Positions 1 through 11,619 of a stretch of DNA of 64,000 nt are shown in pieces. The position numbers were made by a program, and so were the translations under genes. Below the pieces are notes generated by a model. That model did no database searches. It was not told the DNA's origin and was given only the letters and a program-made list of their open reading frames with translations. Source of the stretch: Negaprion brevirostris (taxonomy: Eukaryota); contig JARDVH010000031.1 of assembly GCA_030324005.1 (NCBI GenBank), positions 38,234,442 to 38,298,441 on the forward strand. Reading direction: 5' to 3'. Numbering within the stretch: position 1 is the stretch's first letter; each line of letters begins with the position of its first letter.

Positions 1-589
1 GTGGCTAGTGGGACATGGCGGAGGCAGCTGATCAAGTGGTCTGAATGTTGGTGACAAAAATCCATGAGCTCCTCGAACTTGTTTTGAAGATGAGATTAGA
101 GGAGATGGGGAGAGGGGCTAAAGAAGGCTATTGGAAAGGATTACTAATGATGGTAATTGTTAGGTGACGTAAACCCCAAAGATGAGAGGGATGAGAGGAT
201 CAGAAATGTTTATTTTGGGGGGTGCAGAGGGAGGGAGCTGGGGTTGGGTGGGTGGGCATGTTGGTTTTGAAGCATTATCCTTTGCATAGCCCCTCCCAGA
301 TATCTTTCCCTACTCATGCAACCACATAGTTCCCCAGGGTCTCCAGGACTGCTGCTTCATAATGTGTCAAAGGTCTATTACGTGTTCCCAATTATTATGA
401 GCAAAAGAGCAGATAGTCTACTTGTATCCTAGTGGCAACTGTTGATGAAGGGAAGGATTTTAAGGTTCAACAAGAAACTTCTGTTTGGAAAAATGGCAAC
501 ATATAAATTATAAAATCCTGAGTCAATGAACTCCTGTGGGAGCAGTTTGGTCAAACTGACTTTTTGCCTTATGGATGTTTAGTGTAAGG

Positions 590-1085
590 CTGATGCTCTC
601 ATTTGCCTCGATCAAGGTGTTAAAGATGGCTCGGAGTTCGATCTCCGGCTGTGCACCGATGCAAACATCATCTGTGTATTGTAGTTCAGTGAAGAAGATG
701 GTACGACCTTGGATCTGGCCTGCAGGCTGCAGAAGTTGAACAGATTCCTATTTGTTCAGTAGCTTAGCTCCACTCCAAGGGAGCTGGCTAAGGATGAGAT
801 GGAGCATAGCAGCAAGTAAGATCAAGGAGAGTGTTGATGCAATGACACAGCCTAGCTTGACTCCAGTTTGCATGCAAATTGGGTCAGTGGTGGATCGGTT
901 AGTTAGGATGATGGCTTGTCACCAACCTGGCACGGGGTAGAAAGATCATTCGACAAATAAAGAACAAAACATCTGGAGAAGATGGAATCCCTGCTGAAGC
1001 ACTAAAAAATGGCAAAAAAGCACCATTGGCATGAATATATGACCTAATTTCCCTTATGTGGAGGAGGAGAAGGTGCCTTCCCAAG
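590..1085. mobile_element. Degenerate RTE-clade LINE RT fragments in two opposite orientations
   Basis: Minus strand about 590-937 translates to QTGVKLGCVIASTLSLILLAAML...ELQYTDDVC; plus strand 940-1085 translates to KIIRQIKNKTSGEDGIPAEALKNG...IYDLISLMW. Confidence 0.75.
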
Positions 1086-1240
1086 GGTCATCCAGATTTG
1101 AAACAATGGCTCTGTTCTCTCTTCACAGATGCCATCAGACCTGCTGAGATTTTCCAGCATTTTTGAGCTTTGTAGGAAATTTGGCATGATGGTCCATTAG
1201 AGAGGAGTGACATGGAAGAAGCAGTGAACCAGATAGTCTA

Positions 1241-1668
1241 AATATTAATCAGAAAGAATCTATGAGCTCCTTGCACTTATTGCTTGAGGTGAGGGTGGAT
1301 GGGATGGGAAGAGAAGTTTAATAAAATGGTTTGCAGGAGGGAAAAGACCTCTAGTGTTATCTTTCCATACTAGGGTAATCCTGGAATATTGTGATGGCAC
1401 AGCATGATGCTGATTTGAATGGATATATTAAATAAGAAGTTCAGCCATTCATTACTAGATCTGGCTGAACCACACAAAGCACCATTGAATCCTGCTCCCG
1501 CCTATTGAAAACATTCAGTATTCCAAGATCATCCTAGAATGGAAAAATAATCCCAGACATCTTTTCCCTACCACAAACTATCTGATTAAATTTTTCATCC
1601 CATCCCATCCACCCTCATCTCAAGCAATAAGCGCAAGGAGCTCATGGAATCCTTTCTGATTAATATTG
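1241..1668. repeat. Imperfect inverted repeat built from a LINE (probably L2) fragment
   Basis: aatattaatcagaaag...gagggtggatgggatgg (from 1241) is the reverse complement of ccatcccatccaccctc...ctttctgattaatatt (to 1668); similarity extends about 150 bp per arm; related sequence at about 55-120. Confidence 0.75.
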
Positions 1669-1939
1669 AAGCCATCATTAACAGAGTGGAAATAAAGGCT
1701 GTATCGGGGGGATCAGCCAGATTGACAGAGTAGTGGTTTTATTGCAGATTAGAGTATCAGAGTTGATGAATCTGCTGGTTGCAAAAATATTGTGGAGAAT
1801 GCAGGACCAAAATGTGGATGATTGGAATTTTGAAAGTGCGGTTATCAGTGAATTGGGGATAGCTTTTTCCAGTGTTGGACTCAGAAGGAAGTAGGGTTAA
1901 GACCTGGAAGGGGAGGTGAGTGGAGAGTAATATAAGGTA

Positions 1940-2816
1940 TCATATAGCACAGAAGAGGCCCCTCGGCCCATCAAGTCTGCGCCGACAATTAGAAACACCT
2001 GAACTCGCACCTAATCTCATCTGCCAGCACGTGGCCCATAGCTTTGAATGTTATAATGTGCCAAGTATTCATCCAGGTACTTTTTGAGGGATGTGAAGCA
2101 ACTTGCCTCTACCACCCTCCCATGCAGCGCATTTCAGACTGTCACCACCCCCTGGATAAAAAGGTTTTTCCTCATCCACCCTTCACCTCCTGCCTCTCAC
2201 CTTGAACCTAAGTCGTCTTGTGATTGACCCTTCAACTAACAGGAACAGCTGCTCCTTATCCACTCTGTCCATATCCCTCAATTTTGTACGTGTCACTCAG
2301 GTTGCCCCTCAGTCTTCATTGCTCCAACAAAAACAGCCTAAGCCTACTCAACCTCTTTTCATAACTTAAATGTTCCATCCCAGGCAACATCTTGGTGAAT
2401 CTCCTCTGCAACTTCTCCAGTGCAATCACATCCTTCCTATAGTGTTGTGACCAGAACTCACACAGGACTTCAGCTATGGCCTCAAAATGCTATACAACAT
2501 CCCTGCTTTTGTAATCTATGCCTCGTTTGATAAAGGCAAGTGGTCCAAATGCCTTTTTCACCATCCTATTAATATGCCCTTCTGCCTTCAGAAGGACAAA
2601 CACGCCAAAGTCCCTTTGTTCCACAGAACTTCCTAATGTCCTACTATTCATTGAATACTTCTTGTCAGATTACTCCTTCCAAAGTGTATCACCTCACACT
2701 TTTCAGGGTTAAATTCCATCTGCCATTTATCTGTCCATTTGACCATTCTGTCTATATCTTCTTGTAGCCCAACACACTCAGCCTCACTGTTAACTATCTG
2801 GCCAATCTTTGTGTCA
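1940..2816 (-). mobile_element. CR1/HER1-like LINE 3' fragment
   Basis: Typical shark CR1 3' end (gaagaggcccctcggcccatc) followed by antisense RT C-terminal sequence; runs into an assembly gap. Confidence 0.75.
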
Positions 2817-3248
2817 NNNNNNNNNNNNNNNNNNNNNNNNNNNNNNNNNNNNNNNNNNNNNNNNNNNNNNNNNNNNNNNNNNNNNNNNNNNNNNNNNNNN
2901 NNNNNNNNNNNNNNNNAAAATAAAAAACTGGCTGTAGTTCATTTCTACATTTGAATTGTTCTTGGAGCCCCTGTCTGAGAAAACGCTTGCCACAAGTCTT
3001 GTTGCACTATTTTATGGATGTTCTTGCATTTGCGGTCCCATAAACAAAAAGTAGGATGTAAGATCTGGAAAACATTCTCTTTTATATCATTGCATTGTTT
3101 ATGATGGGTCTGCATCCTGTGCCAAGAACAGGCTCATCTATAATCCATCCAGGGTGTTCCAGAAAATCATGAAGCAGTGTTGTCGAGTTGAGAAAGGTAT
3201 TTCCCCTTTTTATTTCTCACTATGCCTGGGGATGGAGTGTACATGTAT

Positions 3249-3436
3249 GATGTGGTGATGCCGACGTTGGACTGGGGTGGGCACAGTAAGAAGTTCTACA
3301 ACACCAGGTTAAAGTCCAACAGGTTTATTTGGAATCATAAGCTTTCGGAGCGCTGCTCCTTTCTCAGGTGGCTCTGAAAGCTTGTCATTCCAAATAAACC
3401 TGTTGGACTTTAACCTGGTGTTGTGAGACTTCTTAC
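3249..3436. mobile_element. Short palindromic (Penelope-like terminal) element with 11-bp flanking direct repeat
   Basis: Inverted arms about 3283-3351 and 3371-3439 (aacaccaggttaaagtccaacaggtttatttggaat / attccaaataaacctgttggactttaacctggtgtt); tgtacatgtat at 3238-3248 and 3437-3447; related copies at about 5200-5327 and 39520-39770. Confidence 0.7.
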
Positions 3437-4427
3437 TGTACATGTATTGTTACTGATCACGAACCAAAGTAATTACAAAAGTCTTTCAAGTTCTCTTCAG
3501 GTTAGGCCTCTTATTTGTCAACATATTGGGCAGGATTTTCTGGCAACACATGCCCCAAGGCTGGAAATTCTCACCTGATTTCAATGGACCTACAAATGGT
3601 CTGCCAAATTTTCTGTCTCACCCCTATGATTCCTGCAGCAAGACAGGAGAATTTTGGCCAATAACATACTAAAACTATACAGATCAAACATTCTGAATAT
3701 GGTAGAAGTGTCTACCCTATCCATGCATGTATAGATTCCTTCTTCAACAAAAGATCTGTGCATAGTTTTGAATATATTTGGACTTTTGTACAAATCAGCC
3801 ACACTAACCAACAAGCATTTTCAGAGTTAAGCATATTTGATCAGTAAATGATTTGCTGAGGATGATGATACAGCTGGTTGCTACTTTACAGTGGTCTTTG
3901 TCAAGTAGATATTTCAAGAGAAATGTGGGGAATATGAAATTTGTGCTTACTTTTGAATATTGATCTGTCAACCTTTCAGAAAGACAGTAAACTTCTGATT
4001 TGATTTGCTTTAAGTACATCAAAATCATCTTTGAATGAATTTTTACCTTAGTTTTTCTGTTCCAACTGATCTTAATCCTAATACTTCTTCCAGATCAATA
4101 ACTTCAAATTGTAAGAGAATGTTGCTTTATAACTGTCTTAATTAACTTAGAAATGCCACTTTGATAGTAAATTTTAATGTGGACACGTTTGCATAACATC
4201 TGTTGCTGATGCGGAGATATAAAGATTACTTTATGTAGTAAAGTATTGGTAATTTGCCACCTGTAATTCAAAGATTAAACAAGCACTCTATTCAATTTAA
4301 TCGTTACAATATATGGTAAATAAGAATTAAATACAACTAGAGAAATGTATATTTGAAAATAGAGTTAGATTTGCCTTCCTTTAATTTGGAAGCCAACACT
4401 GGTTGATGTTTGTATTCACATGTAAAG

Positions 4428-4546
4428 GTCCTGAAGAAGCAAAGAAACTTGTGAAGAAAATGGTAACAAAGCACAATGAAATCCTTGAATCAATAAAGGA
4501 ACTATGCAATGGATTAAGAGAACTTGAATTAAAACTCCATAATGTG
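4428..4546 (+). CDS. CCDC141: CCDC141 internal exon (end of coiled-coil/spectrin-like region): (G)PEEAKKLVKKMVTKHNEILESIKELCNGLRELELKLHNV
   Basis: AG acceptor at 4426-4427, GTAAGC donor at 4547; phase 1 start, phase 0 end. Heptad-like peptide resembles my recollection of vertebrate CCDC141 (K..VTKH.E.LES..ELC..L.ELE.KL). Confidence 0.85.
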
Positions 4547-4794
4547 GTAAGCACAAAAACTATTCAAGTAGGAATTTTCAGTTTTATTGATGACTATGGT
4601 GGATGTCTCTACACATTTCTCATGTATGCATGCTCTACCTCACCACCATTGTTACCGTTACCCCTCCAATGTCTGGTATTGGAGAGCAGAGGTTTGTTCG
4701 TTTGGGCCCTCAACTTGTCTGCTACTGAAACCTTATCCTTTCTTACTTGTAATGCTCTTTTGACCAACCTTCCCTCTTTCTCCTTCATATAATC

Positions 4795-4994
4795 CCTTCA
4801 GTGCAGAAGGAGGCCATTCAGCCCAATGAGTCTGCACTGACACCAATCCCATCTAGGCCCTATCCCTGTAACCCCACATATTTGTCCTGCTAATCCCTCT
4901 AGTTTATGCATCCTGGGACACTAAAGGGTAATTGAGCATGGTCAATGCACCTAACCCGCACATCTTTGGACTGTGGGAGGAAACCAGAACACCC
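4795..4994 (-). mobile_element. HE1/V-SINE-type tRNA-derived SINE, 3' part
   Basis: Reverse complement of the core seen at 6181-6440 (catctttggactgtgggaggaaacc); truncated by a gap. Confidence 0.75.
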
Positions 4995-5326
4995 NNNNNN
5001 NNNNNNNNNNNNNNNNNNNNNNNNNNNNNNNNNNNNNNNNNNNNNNNNNNNNNNNNNNNNNNNNNNNNNNNNNNNNNNNNNNNNNNNNNNNNNNTTTAAG
5101 ACTTGAACAGCAGGTTAGGTGTAAAGATTCACATTCTAATCAGTAATCTGTAAACTGTCTGTGCTGTTATACGCTCTGTCTGAGGCCAGAACTCTCCATT
5201 CACCTGACGAAGGGGCAAACCTGAAAGCTTGCGAGTTTACTATCAAATAAATCAGTTGGACTTCAACCTGGTGTTGTCAGACTTCTTACTGTGTTTACCC
5301 CAGTCCAATGCTGGCATCTCCACATC

Positions 5327-5545
5327 AGTGTACCCGAACAGGCGCCGGAGTGTGGCGACTAGGGGACTTTCACAGTAACCTAACTAGCATGTCTTTCGGA
5401 CTGTGGGAGGAAACCAGAACACCCAGAGAAAACCCATGCAGACACGGGGAGAACATGCAAACCCCATACAGACTGTGATCCAAGCCGGGAATCGAACCCA
5501 GGTCCATCGAGCTGTGAGGCAGCAGTGCTAACCGCTGTGCCACCC
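5327..5545 (-). mobile_element. HE1/V-SINE-type SINE
   Basis: Antisense B box (gggaatcgaacc) and A-box region (cagtgctaaccgctgtgcca) plus the conserved core. Confidence 0.8.
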
Positions 5546-6179
5546 ATTACATAAAATTGAACTCATGCAAAAAATCTGCAGCCAGTATCCTAACTCAGAT
5601 CAATTCCTATGTAAATATGTCCCCTGTGCTCACTGACCTACATTGCCTCTCAGTCCTGCAACACATCATTTAAAATTCCCAATCTTGTGTTCAAATCTCT
5701 CCATGACATCACCCGTCCTTATCTCTGCAACATCCTCCAGACTTCTGTCTAATTAAAGAAAGGTAACTGAACTGAAACAGCAAAGAAGACTGGTTTTATT
5801 AAAATGCCAAAGGAAGTGATTGATTGAGAAGTTAAGACTACCCTAAAACATGGGACTGTTGTATTGAGTTTGAATGAATTGGGCAGCCAGAGAACCAGAA
5901 TATTGTATTTTCAAGCACTGAATCAAATTTGTGATCAATTGCTCTCGAGGATTTTGACAGTTAATGTAGACATTCATTAACTCAGGAGTCATGTTTATAT
6001 TAATAGGGAAATGAAAATCATGTCAAATCACAGTGTCATACCAGTTTTGTAAAGATAATACAATTTCTGGTTCAGTAGAATTTGGGAAACAGAAGACAAA
6101 AATACATAAACATGCCCCCAGCTCAAGTATGCAAGTACATTTCATGTTTTTCTCACCATTTCATTTAAGGGCAACCTGT

Positions 6180-6440
6180 TGGCACAGTGATTAGCACTGC
6201 TGTCTCACAGCACCAGGGACTCGGCTCGATTCCTGCATTGGGTGACTGTCTGGAGTTTGCATGTTCTTCCCTTGCCTGCGTCAGTTTCCTCCCACAGTTC
6301 AAAGATGTGCAGGTTAGGTTGATTGACCATGCCAAATTGCCCCTTAGTGTCCCAAGGTGTGTGGGTTAGGGAGATTAGTGGAGTAAAGTGGAGTCGATGC
6401 AGATTCGATGGACCAAATGGCTTCCTATTGCACTGTAGGT
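6180..6440 (+). mobile_element. HE1/V-SINE-type SINE, near full length
   Basis: Pol III A box tggcacagtgattag, B box ggctcgattcc, core tttcctcccacagttcaaagatgtgcaggttagg, CR1-like tail. Confidence 0.85.
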
Positions 6441-6742
6441 GTTATATGGAAACTTTTCATTGTTTTGTAAAAGTTCAATTTTATTCATGTCAGTATGATG
6501 TCAGTTTGGCAATACTTTTCATACATCCTCCAAAAAGGTTAAATTGTTATAGTAAGTCAATCTATTCCAAAAATAAACCTTGTATTTGGCTGACATTAGG
6601 ATGTTGACATTATACCAAGTAGCAAAAATGCTCTCTGTGCCAGAACTGAGCTGATTCAAAGGAAACATTCTGCAAATGATAGCTGAGTGCCTTTAACTCA
6701 CATATTTTGAAATAGCTTACACTGAATGTCAATGTCAAACAG

Positions 6743-6817
6743 GCTGAAGCTGAGCAGAAGCCAATGGAAAGTTCGAGTCAATCAGATGGAACAAGCAATG
6801 TTCAGGAGGAAAAACAG
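6743..6817 (+). CDS. CCDC141: CCDC141 small internal exon AEAEQKPMESSSQSDGTSNVQEEKQ (75 nt)
   Basis: aaacag| acceptor, CAG|GTAAAT donor, open frame, phase 0/0, compatible with the flanking exons; lies in unique sequence. Inferred from splice signals only. Confidence 0.65.
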
Positions 6818-8526
6818 GTAAATATTTATATATTTATTAGAAAAATAACTAAGTAATTTAGAAATTGATTATCTCGGGGAATGATCACAATGTGAGAATC
6901 TATTTATTCCATTTGTTTTTGTTCCATGCAAGGCACTCAGTGGTACATTGACATGAAGGACTCATGGGGAAGGCCATTGACACAAGGGGAAATCCCTCCT
7001 GGACCAAAGCGCATCCAAAAAAGGAGGGTGTTCCCATTATCCCACCCTGTAGAATCTGCTGGGAGGTTGTCAGGTTTCATTGCCTGGTGTCCTCATGCGT
7101 CAGCAGCACCCAACCTTCCCAGTCTGGCCAAACTGCTTACAGAGGTGGCAAGTGGCCCCTAACTGGCTACTTTAAATGGCTCAGTTTGATTTATTTGATT
7201 TGATTTATTATTGTCACATATATTAGTATACAGTGAGAAGTATTATTCCTTGCATGCTATACAAAGCATACCCTTCATAGAGAAGGAAAGGACAGAGTGC
7301 AGAATGTAATATTACAGTCATAGCTAGGGCGCAGAGAAATATCAACTTTGTGCAAGGCAGGTTTATTCAAAAGCCTGACGGCAGCAGGAAAGAAGCTGTT
7401 CTTGAGTTGGTTGGTACATGACCTCAGATTTTTGTATCTTTTTTTTCTGACGCAAGAAGATGGAACTATGTCCAGGGTGCATGGCGACCTTAATTATGCT
7501 GGCTGCTTTCCAAAGGCAGCAGGACGTGTNNNNNNNNNNNNNNNNNNNNNNNNNNNNNNNNNNNNNNNNNNNNNNNNNNNNNNNNNNNNNNNNNNNNNNN
7601 NNNNNNNNNNNNNNNNNNNNNNNNNNNNNNNNNNNNNNNNNNNNNNNNNNNNNNNNNNNNNNNNNNNNNNNNNNNNNNNNNNNNNNNNNNNNNNNNNNNN
7701 NNNNNNNNNNNNNNNNNNNNNNNNNNNNNNNNNNNNNNNNNNNNNNNNNNNNNTGTGTCGGTATGGGAAGGGATCAGAACAGTTTGTTGATGATCTGGAC
7801 ACCTAAAAACTTGAAACTCTTGAATTAGGCACCTGGCAGGTGACACACATGCCAACCTTCCTGCTGCTGGCAAATAGCACCTCCCAGTCTATCCCAAATA
7901 GATGGTAAAATTCCTACCAATCTTCACCCTTATAACATCCATCTTACTCCACAAATACCGACTAAGCTGTTTTCAGCAACGGTACCATGTTTCTGTGCTG
8001 TTGGAGCAAAATTTGGAAAGATGGAAGCTTTACTGAAGGTAGGATCTTCATGTGAAAGGAGTCGTATGGATTCAATGTTAACTCTGTTTGTCTCTCTACA
8101 GATGATGCCAGACCGGCTGAGTTTTTCCTGTTTTTATTTTAGATTTTAGGTAAGCAGAGAGCCCAGCACTCTGCTTTTATTTTAGCAATAAGAGAGGGTG
8201 GGAGGGAGGGAAATAAACATAAAGAGGACAAATAGAAAGCATTACACTGAGAAAAAGAAGACAAACTGTGCAGTATACAGTGGTCCACTCACAACTCTTT
8301 GATATCTGCGTTCCATGCATACTATCTGTAAATAATTGTAAGGCAAAGATAAGTGCAAGTGGTATCAGAGTAACAAGATGGAGACAGCAAAATGTACTTA
8401 ACACTTTTACATCAGTGATTTTATTGCCCTCTTAATCTCCTTGATGTTGATACTTTCATTAACTCTTTTCAACAGCTTATTGCCAAAAGTAAGCTGATGT
8501 CTATCTACCTGACTATCAGACATATG

Positions 8527-9950
8527 GGACTGAAATTTCCCAACAGATACAACAGCGGGCTAGGCATTGTGAGTGGTGCCGCTCAGCTTCCCACCACCAT
8601 GACATATTGCCAGCAGCAGGAAAGTTGATGGCTTGGGCATGCACCTGGTGGCCAATGTACCCACTTAAATGCACAATTAAGGACCACTTCTTGCCTCTGC
8701 ATGAATTATGGCTATTTCAGGNNNNNNNNNNGTATGTATGTACATTGCCAGAATATGAACTGGGAGCTACCAGCGAAAGATCAAGTGATAATGTTTTATC
8801 ATCATCAGTCTCTTCTTCCTTTGGGACTTTACATTCCAACACCACTGCCCGAATAGGTGGCAACTCTTGGGTATCTGAAAGAAGGAAAGCATAATGGTAC
8901 AGTTCTGGTGAGGGAAAACAGGGAAAGCCGGAGGTGCATCTTTATGTCATCTGAAGCTTGTAAATCAAAAGAGACCGTAGGATTGTTAGATAGGGACATA
9001 CAGCTATCTTTAATGGTCTGTGCCCCACCACTGGACACAACTTTAGTCATGGCCACTCAAAGTTGGCAATCCTGGTCTCCTCCAATGGGGTGAGGACCTA
9101 CATTTGCACCTATGCCCTAGTGGTTAGTTATTGCTGCCTGTGATTACTTGCCACTTTGTTCTGCATGGAAGAGAGAAGTGTGCAAGTGAATGTGGTAAAT
9201 GTGGTTGGGTGATGTGATTGTTGAGTAACTGCGAGTGTGTGTATGAGGTACGGGTATGACGTTTGCAGCAGTGTTAAGTGTGTCAGGATCAGTTGAAGCT
9301 AAGAATGTGAAGGATGAGCTGTGGTCAACCAAAAATTTCGGGTGGATGAGTGAAGGGGTATGGAGTAGTGTGTGAGGCCAGTGGTTTATTTGTAAGACGT
9401 CTGAATTTGCATTCACACTCCTAGATTACTTGCGTAATGTCAGTGAATTTCTTGCATGACTGCATCCACGTTCTAGAGGCTACAATGCTGCAATGATAGT
9501 GATGGCTATCTGCTCCAATTACCTTCACATTGTCTGACCAATGAACTTCCTGGCCCTTTGTATAGAGAGAATCTCTCTCCTCCTGTACACCTCCAGCACC
9601 AAGTCCTCCAGTGCAGCACCAGAGAATCTTGAAGTCCATGTTCTCCAACATTGCATCATATTCATTCTTCTGGCACAATTCCCTAACCACTTCCAACGCC
9701 TGCTGCAGCCAGAATACGCATTTACTTTGAGACTCAGACAGGCTTTAAGCAGTACATTGCTAGCTTTAAGTGGTGCTAATCTTGCATAAACTTGGGCCCC
9801 TGCTGAGGATAGCAGCAACTCAGCAGCATGTTTAGCACTGGGTTGCTAATGCTTTCATTTAAATTAACGAGCAGTTTGTCTGCTGCCTGTATTGAAACAA
9901 ACAGGTGTGACTTATGCATACATTATGATCCTTGCACCTGTTTTTGGGCC
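8527..9950 (-). mobile_element. Decayed PIF/Harbinger-type element with Myb/SANT-like accessory ORF remnant (about 9420-9640)
   Basis: Frameshifted peptides SRFSGAALEDLVLEVYRRREIL and VASRTWMQSCKKFTDI match the Myb/SANT-like pattern (RFS..EL..L..V...R.W.QC.KKF.D); TIR-like ends gggactgaaatttcc / gtttttgggcc. Confidence 0.6.
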
Positions 9951-10138
9951 TTATTTACCTTCCTCTCTCTCTCTTTTCTTCTATCCCCCCGTTCCCCCCC
10001 TCTCCCCAGTATCTCTACATTTTAATTGTGGCACATTACTTCTTTAATATTACTTGTAAAGTTATAAATTAGAAGCAATTTTAAAACCTAGTGTTTTGCT
10101 ATGTAGCTAAAATCATGTTAACAATGAATAAAACTCTT

Positions 10139-10930
10139 TGGCCCAGATCTTCTGGTCTCTGGAGCCCCGAGATACACATTGGGACTCCTCGGAGATCCAG
10201 TATGCTGACTGTGGGATTTGTCTGAGAGATTTGACCTTCCGATGGCCAATTCCCCTACTTTTCAGTGGCCTGCAGAAAAAAACCTCCAGCTCTGAGATAG
10301 AGTTGGAGATTTTAAAGTTCTGACATAATTATCTGGATAATTACGTAGGAAACGTTAGACAGAAAAATCCTAGTCCAACACCTAGGTAGCTATATAACTG
10401 ACCCCACTGACCTCCTGCCACCCAATGCACCTACCTATGTGCTATCCTACCCACCTACCACCATTTGCAACTACCCACCTTCCATCCTAGCACCCTATGC
10501 ACCTATCCACCTGCCACTCGACCTCCTTACCCATTTATCTCACCTACCTATGCCCTTACCCGTCTACATCTGCACTCGTGTACTAACACACTTAAAAGCT
10601 GTTTAAATGTTCCAGCTTTTTCAATGTGTTAGTGAATGTGTTCAATCGTGCCAGAAGAATGAACACTAAAAGAGCAGTATGGACAAGTTGGGCCATAGGG
10701 CCTGTTTCCATGCTGTAAACCTCTGATTCTCTATGACAGCTAGTGCCATAAAAGGGGGACATGGTTTGTCTTCACCGGACACTCCAGCACTAAGAAGCAG
10801 TTCCATTTCGGGTATGCTTCATATTCCTGGAGAAGCAGGGTTCAGAAGCCTTGGCCAGAGACGTGAAGCTCCGACATGGTGCAGTGAAGATGGAGTGGAG
10901 CAGCAACCTGACATTGATTGCTGACTGTGA
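10139..10930. mobile_element. Non-autonomous repeat family with C-rich interior (other copies about 24745-25550, 50880-51555 reversed, 54130-55230)
   Basis: Shared start ggccc(a/t)gatcttctggtctctgga at 10140 and 24746, C-rich low-complexity middle, shared gctagtgc(c/t)(a/g)taaaa motif; antisense end ccagaaaggccagaa near 51540. Confidence 0.5.
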
Positions 10931-11067
10931 ATCTCCTGAAAATTTGGGCATTTGTGCTATGGTGAATGTTAAAAATGAAATAATTGTTTTCTTTAAATTG
11001 AAGAACCATGCCAATTAACACTGAAGTTAAAAGTGTCTTAATTTTATGTCTGTTTAACTACTGTTAG

Positions 11068-11619
11068 ATGGAAGCTGGTGATTTACAATCATCATCTGAA
11101 GATGCAAAGTTGCAAATAACAGACCAAACAACGGACAACCATGAGCAAGAAAAAGTGACCACAGCTTCATCAAAACCAACTGTGGACTCAACTAAAGGGA
11201 CAAAAGAAAACAAGAACCTAAGGCCATCCTCGATACATGTTGCCGATCCTAGTCATGTTCTTGGACTACCCACAGATGATGTCCAGACAAGAACAGTTGG
11301 TGCGAAGAACTGCAGTGGAGGAGAGATATGTGTTCAGTGTTATACCACCACCTTGTCCCAGCCATTTCAAATCAAGCAGTCCCAGAAAAAATCGGTCCTT
11401 GCATCAACATATTCCACTAATTCAGAAAGAAGGGTCTTTGCCCTTCAACTCATAGGAAACACGTCAGAAAATACTAAACTTTTCATGACTGCTCTTGGGA
11501 ACAATTCAGAGATATCAGTGTCAAATTCTTCCAAAGAGGATCAAATGGAGGAAACAGAAAACAGGGGGACACCGAGCAGTCAGACTGAACTGCAGAAAGA
11601 CACATTGTTATCCAATCAT
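11068..11619 (+). CDS. CCDC141: CCDC141 large Ser/Thr-rich, low-complexity internal exon (184 aa)
   Basis: ctgttag| acceptor directly before ATG at 11068; 552 nt open frame; CAT|GTATGT donor at 11620; phase 0/0; non-repetitive. Confidence 0.75.

Noticed and set aside
4547-4792. Remainder of the 129-aa ORF 4403-4792
   Set aside because: Continues past a good GTAAGC donor into intron/repeat sequence with no protein-like signal.
6180-6240. tRNA gene (A and B boxes; also at 17030, 36590, 56372)
   Set aside because: The boxes are followed by SINE core and LINE-like tail, so these are tRNA-derived SINE heads.
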